Origin: a virus | IMG/VR virus record: IMGVR_UViG_3300035670_000075 | Span: 1-64,000 of that record | DNA: 64,000 bases | Strand: one strand, 5' to 3' | Shown: piece after piece, positions 39,420 to 48,930 of the stretch | How the letters are laid out: the number at the start of each line of letters is the position of its first letter | Numbering within the stretch: position 1 is the first letter of the stretch | The notes under the pieces: model-generated | The model's database searches: none | Seen by the model: the letters and a program-made list of their open reading frames with translations, nothing else | Told to the model about the DNA's origin: nothing | Translations under genes and position numbers: made by a program

Positions 39420-39811
39420 ACACTTGTGTCAGTATCAATCTCATTGCCGCAGTAGGTAAGAGCGGACAAATTGGGCTTGACGGCGTGCTGCCTTGGTATG
39501 AACCGCGCGACTTGGCGTGGTTTCGCTGTATGACAATGAATAATATCGTTGTTGTTGGTTGGAGAACGGCGCAGAAGCTACCGTCGTTACCTGGGCGAGA
39601 GTTGATTGTATTTCAGCGTGGCGGGATGTCGATTGATGATATTATCCGGCACGCTAACGCCGCCAACAAAGATATTTTTGTGTGCGGTGGCGCTGCAACC
39701 TACAATGCTTGGATGAGTAAGATAGACAGGTTTTATATCAGCCGTATTGATTACGATGGTGAGGCTGACACATTTATGGACGTATCAATATCATGTCGTA
39801 CAGCCAGTTAA
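39416..39811 (+). CDS. dihydrofolate reductase
   Basis: LIAAV...IG...LPW...DLAWF...T...VVGWRT, LPGR, VCGGAATY, ADTF. Confidence 0.9.
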   Translation: MNTCVSINLIAAVGKSGQIGLDGVLPWYEPRDLAWFRCMTMNNIVVVGWRTAQKLPSLPGRELIVFQRGGMSIDDIIRHANAANKDIFVCGGAATYNAWMSKIDRFYISRIDYDGEADTFMDVSISCRTAS

Positions 39812-40227
39812 AAAGAATAGCCGCTAAAGCGGTCAAAGTCGGACAGCAGTGGACTGATCCTGAAAAGCAATCTATCACCTTCATCCACACGCCGGTTGCC
39901 ACGCAAGCGGCGTATCGCCCAGGTCAGCGCTACACGCAACCTTCAGTGACTCCAACAGAATACCCTGAAGCCACTGGCTTTCTTGTGCGTGCTGAATTCA
40001 AGGAATCAGAGAACGGACATGATGTAATCGTCCACGGCTGGATGTTTACCAAAGAGATTGATAAGTTAGGTGACGTGATAGCCGAGATTGTCAGTTCGCA
40101 AGCAGGCATCGAGAAGCTGTGCCAAGGCGGTTCCGAGTGGACGGTGCAGACTGCTTACGGTTTATGCAAAGTGCGCGCCGTGGTGATGAATAACCCAATG
40201 GTTGTTTTTGAGTTGCGGGGTGTTTGA
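39793..40227 (+). CDS. hypothetical protein, possible head-closure protein
   Basis: N-terminal YSQLKRIA, Y.P loop and C-terminal PMVVFELR resemble siphophage head-closure proteins; function uncertain. Confidence 0.5.
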   Translation: MSYSQLKRIAAKAVKVGQQWTDPEKQSITFIHTPVATQAAYRPGQRYTQPSVTPTEYPEATGFLVRAEFKESENGHDVIVHGWMFTKEIDKLGDVIAEIVSSQAGIEKLCQGGSEWTVQTAYGLCKVRAVVMNNPMVVFELRGV

Positions 40228-40370
40228 TGATGAAAGCATCAAGTTTATTACTGGCGTGCATGATTGGATTAGCGCCCATTGTCGGTGAGCGACAGAAGAA
40301 GGTGATAGGAAAGCATCATCGCGCAAGCAAGGATGTTAAGGCACGCCGTAAGCGGAGTAGACGTAGATAG
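40227..40370 (+). CDS. 47-aa peptide with hydrophobic N-terminus and Arg/Lys-rich C-terminus
   Basis: TGATG coupling to the upstream gene; ends just before the terminator; below ORF-track cutoff. Confidence 0.5.
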   Translation: MMKASSLLLACMIGLAPIVGERQKKVIGKHHRASKDVKARRKRSRRR

Positions 40371-40378
40371 TTTTAACC

Positions 40379-40429
40379 CACACAAAAAAGCCCGCCATGC
40401 GTTTATTGCGTGGCGGGCTTTTTTGTGTG
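40379..40429. terminator. bidirectional intrinsic terminator
   Basis: CACACAAAAAAGCCCGCCA...TGGCGGGCTTTTTTGTGTG between convergent genes. Confidence 0.9.
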
Positions 40430-40435
40430 TCACGA

Positions 40436-40744
40436 TCATCTATTGTAAGTATAAATAACCTTATCGCCTTGCATTACAATATCGGCTGACGCCAATGTGT
40501 TCATTGCGAACCCGCAATTACAGCAATATATTGCGGGTTTATAAAAGCCTTCTCCGCTAATATTCCAACCAATGTATTCACCAGGATTTCCGCATGAGCA
40601 GCACTTCCTTATGACCAATGGGATATTACGAAAGTCCAAACTTGCATCCAAATCAAAAACAGTAGGCTCATTTGATTCATGGCTACCAATTAAGCCTCTC
40701 AAAATTGATTCTGCTTGTTCTGCGCTTTTTATTTCATGTAGCAT
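40436..40744 (-). CDS. small zinc-ribbon protein
   Basis: CCSC...CCNC; GAGG RBS. Confidence 0.65.
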   Translation of the reverse strand: MLHEIKSAEQAESILRGLIGSHESNEPTVFDLDASLDFRNIPLVIRKCCSCGNPGEYIGWNISGEGFYKPAIYCCNCGFAMNTLASADIVMQGDKVIYTYNR

Positions 40745-40767
40745 ACCGACCTCTAATGTTGATTTTT

Positions 40768-42171
40768 TTAACGCGCAGCCAGCACAAACGCTTCGTCTGC
40801 GCCGAATCTGCTTAGCGGTACATCTGGAATTTCCTCAATAACACGCTTATTCCACAGTTTATAGTCGGCACTACCATACTGCTGCTTTGCTTTTATAACC
40901 GCATCTGATACCTGCTTATTACTCACATACGGCGTTTGCAATGTCAGCGCGCTTGCGCCGTAAACAAATATGCACTCGCCTTTTTGCGATAGCTTCTGCG
41001 CCCCCGACATGCCAAGAATGGTTTGACTGGCATTGTGGTCTGGAACGCGGAATGCGATACGCGCATCAAAGTTGTTACGCATCGCGGTATCAATAATCTG
41101 CGCGTCAGGCGACTGCGTTGCGACCATCGGCAGGATGCCAGCGCTTCGTCGCAGCGATACCAAACGAAAGAAAAGTGCTTGGCATTCTTTAATGATGGGC
41201 TTTTCTTCTTCAGTCAGCATCTTACTGCGCGTCAACATCGATAACTCATCAATAACCACCATGATAAACGGGAATGGCAGCGGCTTACCATCCTCAACGT
41301 AGTTGTCGAGTTTCTTTTTGCCGCGCGCTTGCAGTTCAATTTGCCGCCTATCGCCCTCAGCATCAAGCCACTGCAAAATCTCGTAGGCAGACTGCAAATC
41401 TTTGGCGATTGGCGCTAACAGGTGCGGCATGTCATCGTAAAAACCAAGCTCTGCACCATTCTTCAGGTCGATGCCGACCATGCGGAAAACGTTCGGTTTG
41501 TTATTACTGACCCATTGCACGATTGCACTGTTGAGGAAGTTTGACTTACCCCAACCCTTAGTTCCAGCAGCCAAATAAGATGCGTCACGACCGACGTAAA
41601 TCTTTTTACCTTCAGCACTTTCGCCGAGGTAGATATTTAGCGGGTGTGGATCAGGATTTTGGTATTCAGCGTGGGCGGAAACTTCATTTGCTGCTGACTG
41701 CTCAACAACCTGCGCCACCTTTTCTTGTACAACCGCAACAGGCATCTGCTCACTTCTTTGTTGCATCTTCTTCAGTGCCGCCAAAGCCTGCTGATACCTC
41801 GCGCTAACAGATTTGAGTTCGCCAGAAAGATGCTCGACTTGTGCGACGTACTTACGCTCAGCCTCGTTGCGCGCCGCTGCAATATCAGCGGCGCGAGACT
41901 TCTTCAGCGCATCGAGTGCGCTTGAAGTCACCTTCAGTTGGCGCGTGACCGACTTGAAATCGGCTTCTAATTTATCGTAAGCCAGTCTCAGGTCGGCAAA
42001 GCGGCTTTTAATCGCGTCAATCTTGCCTATCAGTTTGGTTTTCTCGCCATTCTTCCACTGACGCCACCGGGCGTCGTAGCGCTTCCATAGTTCTTTGTGA
42101 GCTATCAACGCTCCCCACATCGCCGTGGGGACGATAAAGAACGCTGCCAGTGTCCAGTTTGGATCAAGCAT
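40768..42171 (-). CDS. FtsK/SpoIIIE-family ATPase with N-terminal TM and coiled coil
   Basis: AGTKGWGKS (Walker A), IDLKNGAEL, VVIDEL (Walker B), RSAGILPMVATQ, NFDARIAFRV. Confidence 0.9.
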   Translation of the reverse strand: MLDPNWTLAAFFIVPTAMWGALIAHKELWKRYDARWRQWKNGEKTKLIGKIDAIKSRFADLRLAYDKLEADFKSVTRQLKVTSSALDALKKSRAADIAAARNEAERKYVAQVEHLSGELKSVSARYQQALAALKKMQQRSEQMPVAVVQEKVAQVVEQSAANEVSAHAEYQNPDPHPLNIYLGESAEGKKIYVGRDASYLAAGTKGWGKSNFLNSAIVQWVSNNKPNVFRMVGIDLKNGAELGFYDDMPHLLAPIAKDLQSAYEILQWLDAEGDRRQIELQARGKKKLDNYVEDGKPLPFPFIMVVIDELSMLTRSKMLTEEEKPIIKECQALFFRLVSLRRSAGILPMVATQSPDAQIIDTAMRNNFDARIAFRVPDHNASQTILGMSGAQKLSQKGECIFVYGASALTLQTPYVSNKQVSDAVIKAKQQYGSADYKLWNKRVIEEIPDVPLSRFGADEAFVLAAR

Positions 42172-43948
42172 TTGCTGCTCCTTCGAGTTTGAAATTAGCC
42201 CACATTCCTGAGTCTATTTCCGGTTGGATTTTTTTAGTTCCGTAGCGCGATATATGCCCGTCATTGCATTTGAATGCTTCTTGAGCAGTTGACGCTTTTT
42301 CGCCCAACACAACCATCCGGTAACGAAACTTGCACGTCCAGTCATTACAATTTTCAATGACACGTCCATTTTCGTCTAAACCAGGATGCCCAAACCCTTT
42401 TCCAGTCACTTCATCCCACGACTGACTTAGCTTGGCGATTTCATCAGAAACCGATGCGGTTTCATGTGCCGATTCAACAACGCCAGCAGGCATTGCAAAA
42501 TCACGTTGCGATGCACGGCTTAAAAAATCAATCACGTCAGCTTTCTGCTGGACTGGTTCAACATCTCCAAAACTAACGGCAACAGCCGTAGCGCCCTGGA
42601 CTGGGTATTGAACCACTGCGTCATGACTTCCACCGTAGGCTGTTACACCAGCACTGGCAACCACTGGTGAAGATGTGGCGCTGAATCCGCCGCCGAACAC
42701 GCTGCCTTGTGCGCTTGGTTGCTCTTTGGCGGGTTCTTTTCTGGTGGTTGGGCGTGGCGGTACGGGGTCGTTATCGCCATCATCATCGCCAATACTTGCC
42801 AATTTGTCTCTGGCTTTTTCAATTTGCCGAGAGAAAAATCTTTTTGCCGCGCCAGGCAGAATAGATGCTTCATTATCTGCAACCTCGTCAATAATAGTGC
42901 CGTCATCATCTCGCAAAAATCTTAACTGCCCCTTATACATGACATGCAGCGCCCATAAAATAGCGAAACTCGCCGTCATAGCCAATAGCGTAGAGACTCT
43001 TTCAGGTGACGTTCCTACCAACTCGCCAATGCGATGTATCGCAGGCATATAAACATCGCCACCTGCGCTCCCGCTTTTAATTACAGACTGGTCGTATTCT
43101 CTCTGCGCAATAACAACCGCCTGCTCTGCCGCGTTCAACTGCTGAGCATACTGATGGTACATTGAATACTTACCAAGTTCAGCCTGTAATTGAGCTATCA
43201 GCGGTGAGGTTGTTTCTGCTGGCTTTGATTGCTTAATTCTGTTCCAGTCGTCGCATACAGCCTTCGCTGCTGATTTCATCAACCCATAGGACGTTGTTTT
43301 AGGCGTACATGATTGGTCGGTGATTTGTCCTCTGGTAAACTCGGCGTTGTATTGAGCATTCCAAAATTCGGCAACCTGCTTATTGTAAACGATCATCTTG
43401 CTTTCATTTGCAGCGTTAAGACGCTCGCGTTCAGCATCTATTTGAGCTTGTATGCTGCTGTACTTGGATACGTTTTCAGATAACTCAGATTCGCTGAATT
43501 TCCCGCCAGCACCAACTTTACTCAGTTCATTAACTGGAACTCCCGCTATTCTTGCCATTTGATTTTTTGCGGCATCCAAGTTTGAGCTTGAAGCGGTAAC
43601 ACCGGCAGAGCTTACGATGCTTTTAACCCTGTAGTCATTGAATACATCGGTGAAAAATGATGTCATCGAGAACATGGTAATAACAAGCGTAAGCCCATTC
43701 ACAATGCGCGCGCTATTGGCAAGTCCATGATCCCCGATTTCAAGCGCAATAATTTCAGTTGCAATTAGCATTCTTCTGATGTAAACCAGCCCAATTGCAA
43801 AGCCAATGAGGATTGCTTGCGTGAGTTCATCATCTGACATGCGCGCCCATGTGTACGCTTCAGCAGCGAATACCAAGATCAGCATCCCCCATATGGCTGT
43901 GCTGTAGTTTGCGGCTATATCAGTTCTCTGTCTGTTGGTAACTGCCAT
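42164..43948 (-). CDS. polytopic membrane protein with long coiled-coil domain
   Basis: Three N-terminal hydrophobic helices, about 220-aa helical region, fourth TM, low-complexity linker, Cys-containing C-terminus; overlaps both neighbours. Confidence 0.75.
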   Translation of the reverse strand: MAVTNRQRTDIAANYSTAIWGMLILVFAAEAYTWARMSDDELTQAILIGFAIGLVYIRRMLIATEIIALEIGDHGLANSARIVNGLTLVITMFSMTSFFTDVFNDYRVKSIVSSAGVTASSSNLDAAKNQMARIAGVPVNELSKVGAGGKFSESELSENVSKYSSIQAQIDAERERLNAANESKMIVYNKQVAEFWNAQYNAEFTRGQITDQSCTPKTTSYGLMKSAAKAVCDDWNRIKQSKPAETTSPLIAQLQAELGKYSMYHQYAQQLNAAEQAVVIAQREYDQSVIKSGSAGGDVYMPAIHRIGELVGTSPERVSTLLAMTASFAILWALHVMYKGQLRFLRDDDGTIIDEVADNEASILPGAAKRFFSRQIEKARDKLASIGDDDGDNDPVPPRPTTRKEPAKEQPSAQGSVFGGGFSATSSPVVASAGVTAYGGSHDAVVQYPVQGATAVAVSFGDVEPVQQKADVIDFLSRASQRDFAMPAGVVESAHETASVSDEIAKLSQSWDEVTGKGFGHPGLDENGRVIENCNDWTCKFRYRMVVLGEKASTAQEAFKCNDGHISRYGTKKIQPEIDSGMWANFKLEGAANA

Positions 43949-45048
43949 CACACTTCTCCTGTTTTGATTAATGGTTCTATGTCAGCGTAAACTTGTTGTG
44001 ACTTAATAAATGACGCAAACTTGTTTGCTGCGTTTACGGTATTAAACTCAACGTGAATATGACCTCCTGTTGAGCCTTTTGATGATTGCTTATACTCATC
44101 AATTACATCAAAATCTTTATCTTTCATCCCGGCAGATAACAGCCATCCATTAATTTTGCTTGCATAGTTGGCGCTCTTGTCGTGCTCAGAGATTATGAAA
44201 TCCAAAGCCAATCCATCCGTATGCAGGCTTTCTGGTTTTTTATTTTTGTGCCACGCATCATTGAGCGACGTAAACCTAATAAAAGAGCTATCAACATCGG
44301 CTTTCTGAATCATTCCAGCTAAAATCCAGATAGCCTCATGGCTATCTCCGCCTTCAACAGCCTGCCCGTATCGACCTCCTTTGATCACTAGCTCGCTTTT
44401 TTGATACTGCCTAAAATCTGAGGTTATATTTGCAACGTAGGCTCTTGTTTCTTTGAATGGAGGAATCGTGTTTTGGTACTTGCGCACGTTACCTTGTCCG
44501 GCGTTATATGCCGCCAAAGCCAAATCAACAGAGCCAAACATTTTCAGTAACTTGGCGAGATAAGATGCTCCGCAATCTAAATTTTTATCTATGTCGAAAA
44601 TGTATTCTTGCTCAAGACCGCATTCACCGCTTGCAGTAGCAGGCATCAACTGAGTTAAGCCTGAAGCACCTTTTGGTGAGCTAATGTTTTCAATCCATAC
44701 CGATTCCTTCGTTATAAGCGAACGAAACAAATACTTGTCAATGCCGTGGCTATCAGCATAGCAATCTGCTTTATTGCGCTTTCCTTCCACTTCGGCGCAA
44801 TTGCCAGTAATGGGCTTGTTATTTAACAAAAAATCAAACGACAACTCCTGTTTGGCAATGCTTGCAGAAGCACTTCTAATATAAAAATCAAAGCCTGGAA
44901 TACTCGGCATCTTGAGGAAATCGAAAGCCACCATGACAGCTATGATGCATAGTGCTGGCGCAATGTTGTACCGTAACGGATACCTGTCATTCCAAAAAAC
45001 CTTAACCACGATTAAGGTGATAATTACTCCAAATATAGACTCGTTCAT
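43948..45048 (-). CDS. membrane-anchored lytic transglycosylase (SLT) fused to an M15/DD-peptidase-like domain
   Basis: KES, SPKGASGLTQLMPATA, ALAAYNAG, PPFKETRAYV; C-terminal SLHTDGLALD...HIHVE (H-x6-D...HxH); two N-terminal hydrophobic segments. Confidence 0.85.
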   Translation of the reverse strand: MNESIFGVIITLIVVKVFWNDRYPLRYNIAPALCIIAVMVAFDFLKMPSIPGFDFYIRSASASIAKQELSFDFLLNNKPITGNCAEVEGKRNKADCYADSHGIDKYLFRSLITKESVWIENISSPKGASGLTQLMPATASGECGLEQEYIFDIDKNLDCGASYLAKLLKMFGSVDLALAAYNAGQGNVRKYQNTIPPFKETRAYVANITSDFRQYQKSELVIKGGRYGQAVEGGDSHEAIWILAGMIQKADVDSSFIRFTSLNDAWHKNKKPESLHTDGLALDFIISEHDKSANYASKINGWLLSAGMKDKDFDVIDEYKQSSKGSTGGHIHVEFNTVNAANKFASFIKSQQVYADIEPLIKTGEV

Positions 45049-45072
45049 TGTTTGATTCTTCTATGTGATTGA

Positions 45073-45139
45073 TATATGATTTGCACATATACTCGTATAC
45101 CAAATACTATATCATAACGATATATGATGCAAGCATATA
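45073..45139. promoter_or_regulatory. two palindromic operator-like sites TATATG-N7-CATATA
   Basis: At 45073-45091 and 45121-45139 in the divergent intergenic region. Confidence 0.6.
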
Positions 45140-45178
45140 TGCGTCACATATCGCCAAACGCGACACAAAGGATATACA

Positions 45179-45553
45179 ATGGCTGCGCAAGCTAAACTTA
45201 CTGATGAGTTAAATCGTGATGAATGCCTCGGTGATGAGGTATTCATGGGGAGAGTTATCGCTGTGGCGGAAGGAAAACCGAAAGTAAAGCAGCTATCAGT
45301 GCCGGGTGTTCTTTTTGATGAATGCCAAGAATCGTCGAGAGCGCTTGGACTGCCGTTTAATGAGTGGATCGTTCAAGCCATGCGTGACAAGCTTGCGCGT
45401 GAGCGCGGCGTATCTTTATTGACGGAACCCGATATAAAACTGATAGAGGAAACGGCGCGCAGAATGGCTGAGCAAGTCGGTGATGTAGTTGCGGAAAGAA
45501 CCGCTGGTCAGTACGGAATGCTGATCGAGCTATGCAGGAATGGAAAAGACTAA
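45179..45553 (+). CDS. putative ribbon-helix-helix regulator
   Basis: KQLSVPGVLFDECQESSRALGLPFNEWIVQAMRDKL fits the RHH pattern; AAGGA RBS. Confidence 0.6.
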   Translation: MAAQAKLTDELNRDECLGDEVFMGRVIAVAEGKPKVKQLSVPGVLFDECQESSRALGLPFNEWIVQAMRDKLARERGVSLLTEPDIKLIEETARRMAEQVGDVVAERTAGQYGMLIELCRNGKD

Positions 45554-45593
45554 AAAAAACGCCGCCATAAAAAAATCAGACGGCGCGAAGCGA

Positions 45594-45634
45594 GAAAAGA
45601 AAAGCAGTGCATAGCCTCCATGCCATGCACTGCT
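45594..45634 (-). terminator. terminator downstream of the tail tube gene
   Basis: AGCAGTGCAT...ATGCACTGCT stem followed on the minus strand by a T-rich tract. Confidence 0.55.
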
Positions 45635-45726
45635 GATACCTATAAGAACTCCATTTGAGCGCCATTCAGCCAGCGCACATCTTCGCCTGAAATCCATTGG
45701 CTAGGGTTCATGCTGGCTGTATTGAT

Positions 45727-47289
45727 TCACTCAAAAACGCTGATTTGACCGCAGAAGCTTACGCTGTTGCCGTCGCTGTCAGTTCCCGTCCACTTTGCCG
45801 CCGTCCATTCAGCTTCGGCGGTACGCGGGCCGTCGTTTTCACCGGCAGTCGGGGCGAAGCTCATGGTTACTTCAGCCGCGCTGAAGATCACCAGTTTGCC
45901 TGCGCCAGCGCAATCTTTCTCCTGCAACTTCAGGTCGATGCGCGACTTACAGTTGCGTTTCATCCGGTCGTAATACTTCACGGAGTTACCCACGAACAAG
46001 AACGTCACGCTGCCAGTCAGGTTGACATGATTCAGGTGAAAGTTGGTGTTGTAGTAACCCGCCAAGCTATCAGGGTTGTGTGCGTCAACACCGCATTTGG
46101 TGGTGCGAATGCCAGCGTAGCGTTCTTGCATGTTCCACGAACCGCTGGTGATGCAGAACGCGCCTGTCGTGCCTTCGGCACTGGAGTTGGTCGTGAATAC
46201 CATATTCGCGCCTACCAACGGATCGGTGATGGACGAGGCGGTGACGGTGGTGTGGTACGGGGCAGAAACGGCATCGTCTTCTTTGGGGTTGTAATCCAAA
46301 TCGGAAGTAACTACCGCCGTAAAGTTGCCGGTAGCGGTGCTTTCGATGTCGCAAGACATTTCAAAACCGCTGATGGCAACACCGTTGATCCGGCGATAGA
46401 ACGGAATACCGGAGTCGGACTCGTTGACTTGAAAGGTTTTGAAGGTGTTGCTGTCGCGGATGTACTTCGCCCGCACAAACGTCACCGCCACACCAGCTTC
46501 AGCCAGCAATGCGCGCGGGCCTTTGACGGTAATCTTGTGTGCGCCAGGGGTGCTGGTATCTTTGTCTTCGACCAAGAAAGGCTCATCGTTGGCGGAGGCG
46601 TTAATTACCAATCCGCTCATCTTGATGAACTGACCGATACCCACGTTAGCCAACCAGCCGTCGGTTGCGCACGCAATGTGGTAAGTGTCCGGCGTGCCAG
46701 CGGTAACGGTGATAGTGACGGTACGCGACGCGCTTTCTTGCGCAACCCAACCCGTATTATTGGTCATCACGGAGGGGATGAAATCGTCGAACTTGTCGTC
46801 GAGGCGCAGCGAATCTTCAACGGAGAAGCCAACGTCAAAGCCGTTGACGACGCGATGACCGTAACGCAAATCTTCAGAGATAACCGCACCGGCTTCGTCA
46901 TCGTAGCTCGCGCTGTCTTCAATGCCGCCGCCCTTGTAAACCAGTTCCTTCACGGTAGGCGGGACGGTAATACTGATCAACGTGTCGGTACTGAATGCCG
47001 CACCGTCAACCGTCAGCACATGGGGGTCGGCGCTAGTATCCACCGCTACCACATAACGGGTTTCGCCAGCCAGGGTGCCGCCATTGATAAGTACGGGATG
47101 ACCGGCTACCAAGCCGTCAAACTTGCTCGGCGATGCGGCGGCAACGGTAATGTCGTTGTCATTCAGCGCGCCATCGACTGCGGTGAACGTGCCGGTGCGG
47201 GTTTCCAGTTCGTACTGACCGCGATTGGTTTCTTCTTTGTACACCAAACCAACGCGAGCAGCGGTAGGGGTAGAGACTTGGGTTGTCAT
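45727..47289 (-). CDS. major tail tube protein with inserted beta domains
   Basis: Acidic Thr-rich 520 aa; ISEDLR, FDDFI, TFKTFQV, LTGSVTFLF...YYDR resemble siphophage tube proteins; start set at MTTQV (GAGGA RBS). Confidence 0.75.
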   Translation of the reverse strand: MTTQVSTPTAARVGLVYKEETNRGQYELETRTGTFTAVDGALNDNDITVAAASPSKFDGLVAGHPVLINGGTLAGETRYVVAVDTSADPHVLTVDGAAFSTDTLISITVPPTVKELVYKGGGIEDSASYDDEAGAVISEDLRYGHRVVNGFDVGFSVEDSLRLDDKFDDFIPSVMTNNTGWVAQESASRTVTITVTAGTPDTYHIACATDGWLANVGIGQFIKMSGLVINASANDEPFLVEDKDTSTPGAHKITVKGPRALLAEAGVAVTFVRAKYIRDSNTFKTFQVNESDSGIPFYRRINGVAISGFEMSCDIESTATGNFTAVVTSDLDYNPKEDDAVSAPYHTTVTASSITDPLVGANMVFTTNSSAEGTTGAFCITSGSWNMQERYAGIRTTKCGVDAHNPDSLAGYYNTNFHLNHVNLTGSVTFLFVGNSVKYYDRMKRNCKSRIDLKLQEKDCAGAGKLVIFSAAEVTMSFAPTAGENDGPRTAEAEWTAAKWTGTDSDGNSVSFCGQISVFE

Positions 47290-47436
47290 AGCAAAAATCC
47301 TCTGATAGTGAAATTGATTGTCAATCAATGAGTTGACACGCCTTTCACTATAGGGGAAGATGCGTGTATTTAATGTATTTTTTGTGTTAAATGTAGCGCT
47401 AAGCGTTGTTGCATGTCATAAAATCGGGTAAACTAA

Positions 47437-47727
47437 GTGTCAACAGAGAAAAACCACCAGTCCAACCCTGATGCGAAACTCAGGATGGAAAACTTGGGAG
47501 AGCCAATTAAAGAGTTTCGTATCCGTCCAGTGGCGGTCTATCTTTCTGACCGGCTTGGTATTTCGTACAAAGCCGCTTATATCAGGGTTTTGAGAGTGGT
47601 GCGTGAAAAGATGGTCGAGCACGATTATTTTGGCGCGCACGACAGGCTTATTCGCGCCGAATACAAAAAAATCGGCGGCACGATTTTGATCAGCCGCGAG
47701 GCTGTGGTGAAGTATTTTTTATCTTGA
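47437..47727 (+). CDS. hypothetical protein, possibly DNA-binding
   Basis: LSDRLGISYKAAY HTH-like segment; start uncertain. Confidence 0.55.
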   Translation: MSTEKNHQSNPDAKLRMENLGEPIKEFRIRPVAVYLSDRLGISYKAAYIRVLRVVREKMVEHDYFGAHDRLIRAEYKKIGGTILISREAVVKYFLS

Positions 47728-47731
47728 GGGC

Positions 47732-48052
47732 ATGAGAATGGAAAGAGGCACATTGATTCGTGAGTTGCAGAGAGTCATGCGTGATGAGAATGGCGACGAG
47801 GGTACGCCGACACAGGCGTTAATTGGCGATGTGTTTGATTCGCTGTGTACGTTTATGCATTCGCAATTGGCGGCTGGTGAAGACATTCGTTTCCCCGGCG
47901 TATGTCGCGTATTCGCCAAAGAGACGGTAAAGACATCACGCCAAAACCCGCGAACCAAAAAAAAGTTGCCAGGTCGCCGCAAGATGATGCTGAAAGTTAA
48001 AGCTATCGGCGAACTTGCTGCCGAGTTTAATGAATCGGCGGTTGAGTTGTGA
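47732..48052 (+). CDS. HU/IHF-like DNA-binding protein
   Basis: LAAGEDIRFPGVCRVF and RQNPRTKKKL arm motif. Confidence 0.75.
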   Translation: MRMERGTLIRELQRVMRDENGDEGTPTQALIGDVFDSLCTFMHSQLAAGEDIRFPGVCRVFAKETVKTSRQNPRTKKKLPGRRKMMLKVKAIGELAAEFNESAVEL

Positions 48053-48309
48053 AGTGGGCGCAAAGATACCCTACGGTTGGTGCTGTCGCCAAGGCATCGC
48101 TTGAAACGTTGCGTCAGTACGATACAAACCTGCCAGAACCAACAACGGATGTTGAGCGAACTGTGCGTAAGCGCATTACGCGCAGAATCGACGACATGAC
48201 GGCTCAGCAAGTCAGGGAGCAATCGCCGGATGTTGCTGACGCTTTCAACCGAATATTTGATAAGTTGGCGGATAAGGGTGTTAAAGTTCCCGGCGCGAGA
48301 AGGTTTTGA
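48049..48309 (+). CDS. hypothetical protein
   Basis: Coupled to both neighbours. Confidence 0.7.
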   Translation: MKWAQRYPTVGAVAKASLETLRQYDTNLPEPTTDVERTVRKRITRRIDDMTAQQVREQSPDVADAFNRIFDKLADKGVKVPGARRF

Positions 48310-48926
48310 TGGCGAGGCTTGATAAGCAGTTTGAATCTGCAACTGTCGAGTGGTCAACGCCGCCAGATATATTTAAGCCGCTTAATGATGAATTCGGATT
48401 CACTCTTGATGTGGCGGCGAACAGCCAAAACACACAATGCAAGAATTTTATATCAAAAGAGCAAGATGGACTTGTTGCGGAGTGGATCGGCGTCTGCTGG
48501 TGTAATCCGCCATACGGAAGAGACATAAAGAAGTGGGTTAAAAAAGCCGTAATCCACACATGGGATGGAGTTACAACGGTAATGCTTATTCCTGTACGGT
48601 CTAATACCGTGTGGTGGCATCAGTTGTGTATCCCGTTTGGTGAAATAAGGTTTGTTAAAGGGCGACCGAAGTTTGGTGGCGCTGACAAAGGACTTCCGTG
48701 GCCGCTTGCGGTTGTTGTTTTTCGCGGTAAGCCTTCGATTATTGCTGAAGTCTTGACTTGCGATATTTGCGGAAAAGAAATCACCGACTTTGACAACGAC
48801 CTTTTCCATCACACCGGAAAACTGCACGGCGAGAAAAATTCACATATTCACCTGTGCGGCGGATGTCATAACCAGGCGCTAATGGAAATTGACTTTGATT
48901 TGTTGATTCAGCAGGGGATTATTTGA
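48309..48926 (+). CDS. phage N6-adenine DNA methyltransferase (phage Dam family) with C-terminal Zn-finger extension
   Basis: WSTPPDIF...FTLDVAA, WCNPPYG, VMLIPVR, EIRFVKGR; tail CDIC...HLCGGC. Confidence 0.88.
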   Translation: MARLDKQFESATVEWSTPPDIFKPLNDEFGFTLDVAANSQNTQCKNFISKEQDGLVAEWIGVCWCNPPYGRDIKKWVKKAVIHTWDGVTTVMLIPVRSNTVWWHQLCIPFGEIRFVKGRPKFGGADKGLPWPLAVVVFRGKPSIIAEVLTCDICGKEITDFDNDLFHHTGKLHGEKNSHIHLCGGCHNQALMEIDFDLLIQQGII

Positions 48927-48930
48927 ATAC

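Noticed and set aside
40768-45048. Canonical type IV or type VII secretion system
   Set aside because: Only one FtsK domain; no VirB4/VirB components, relaxase or WXG100-like gene recognised
45697-47331. 544-aa plus-strand ORF
   Set aside because: Antisense shadow of the tail tube gene over almost the same span; no recognisable motifs
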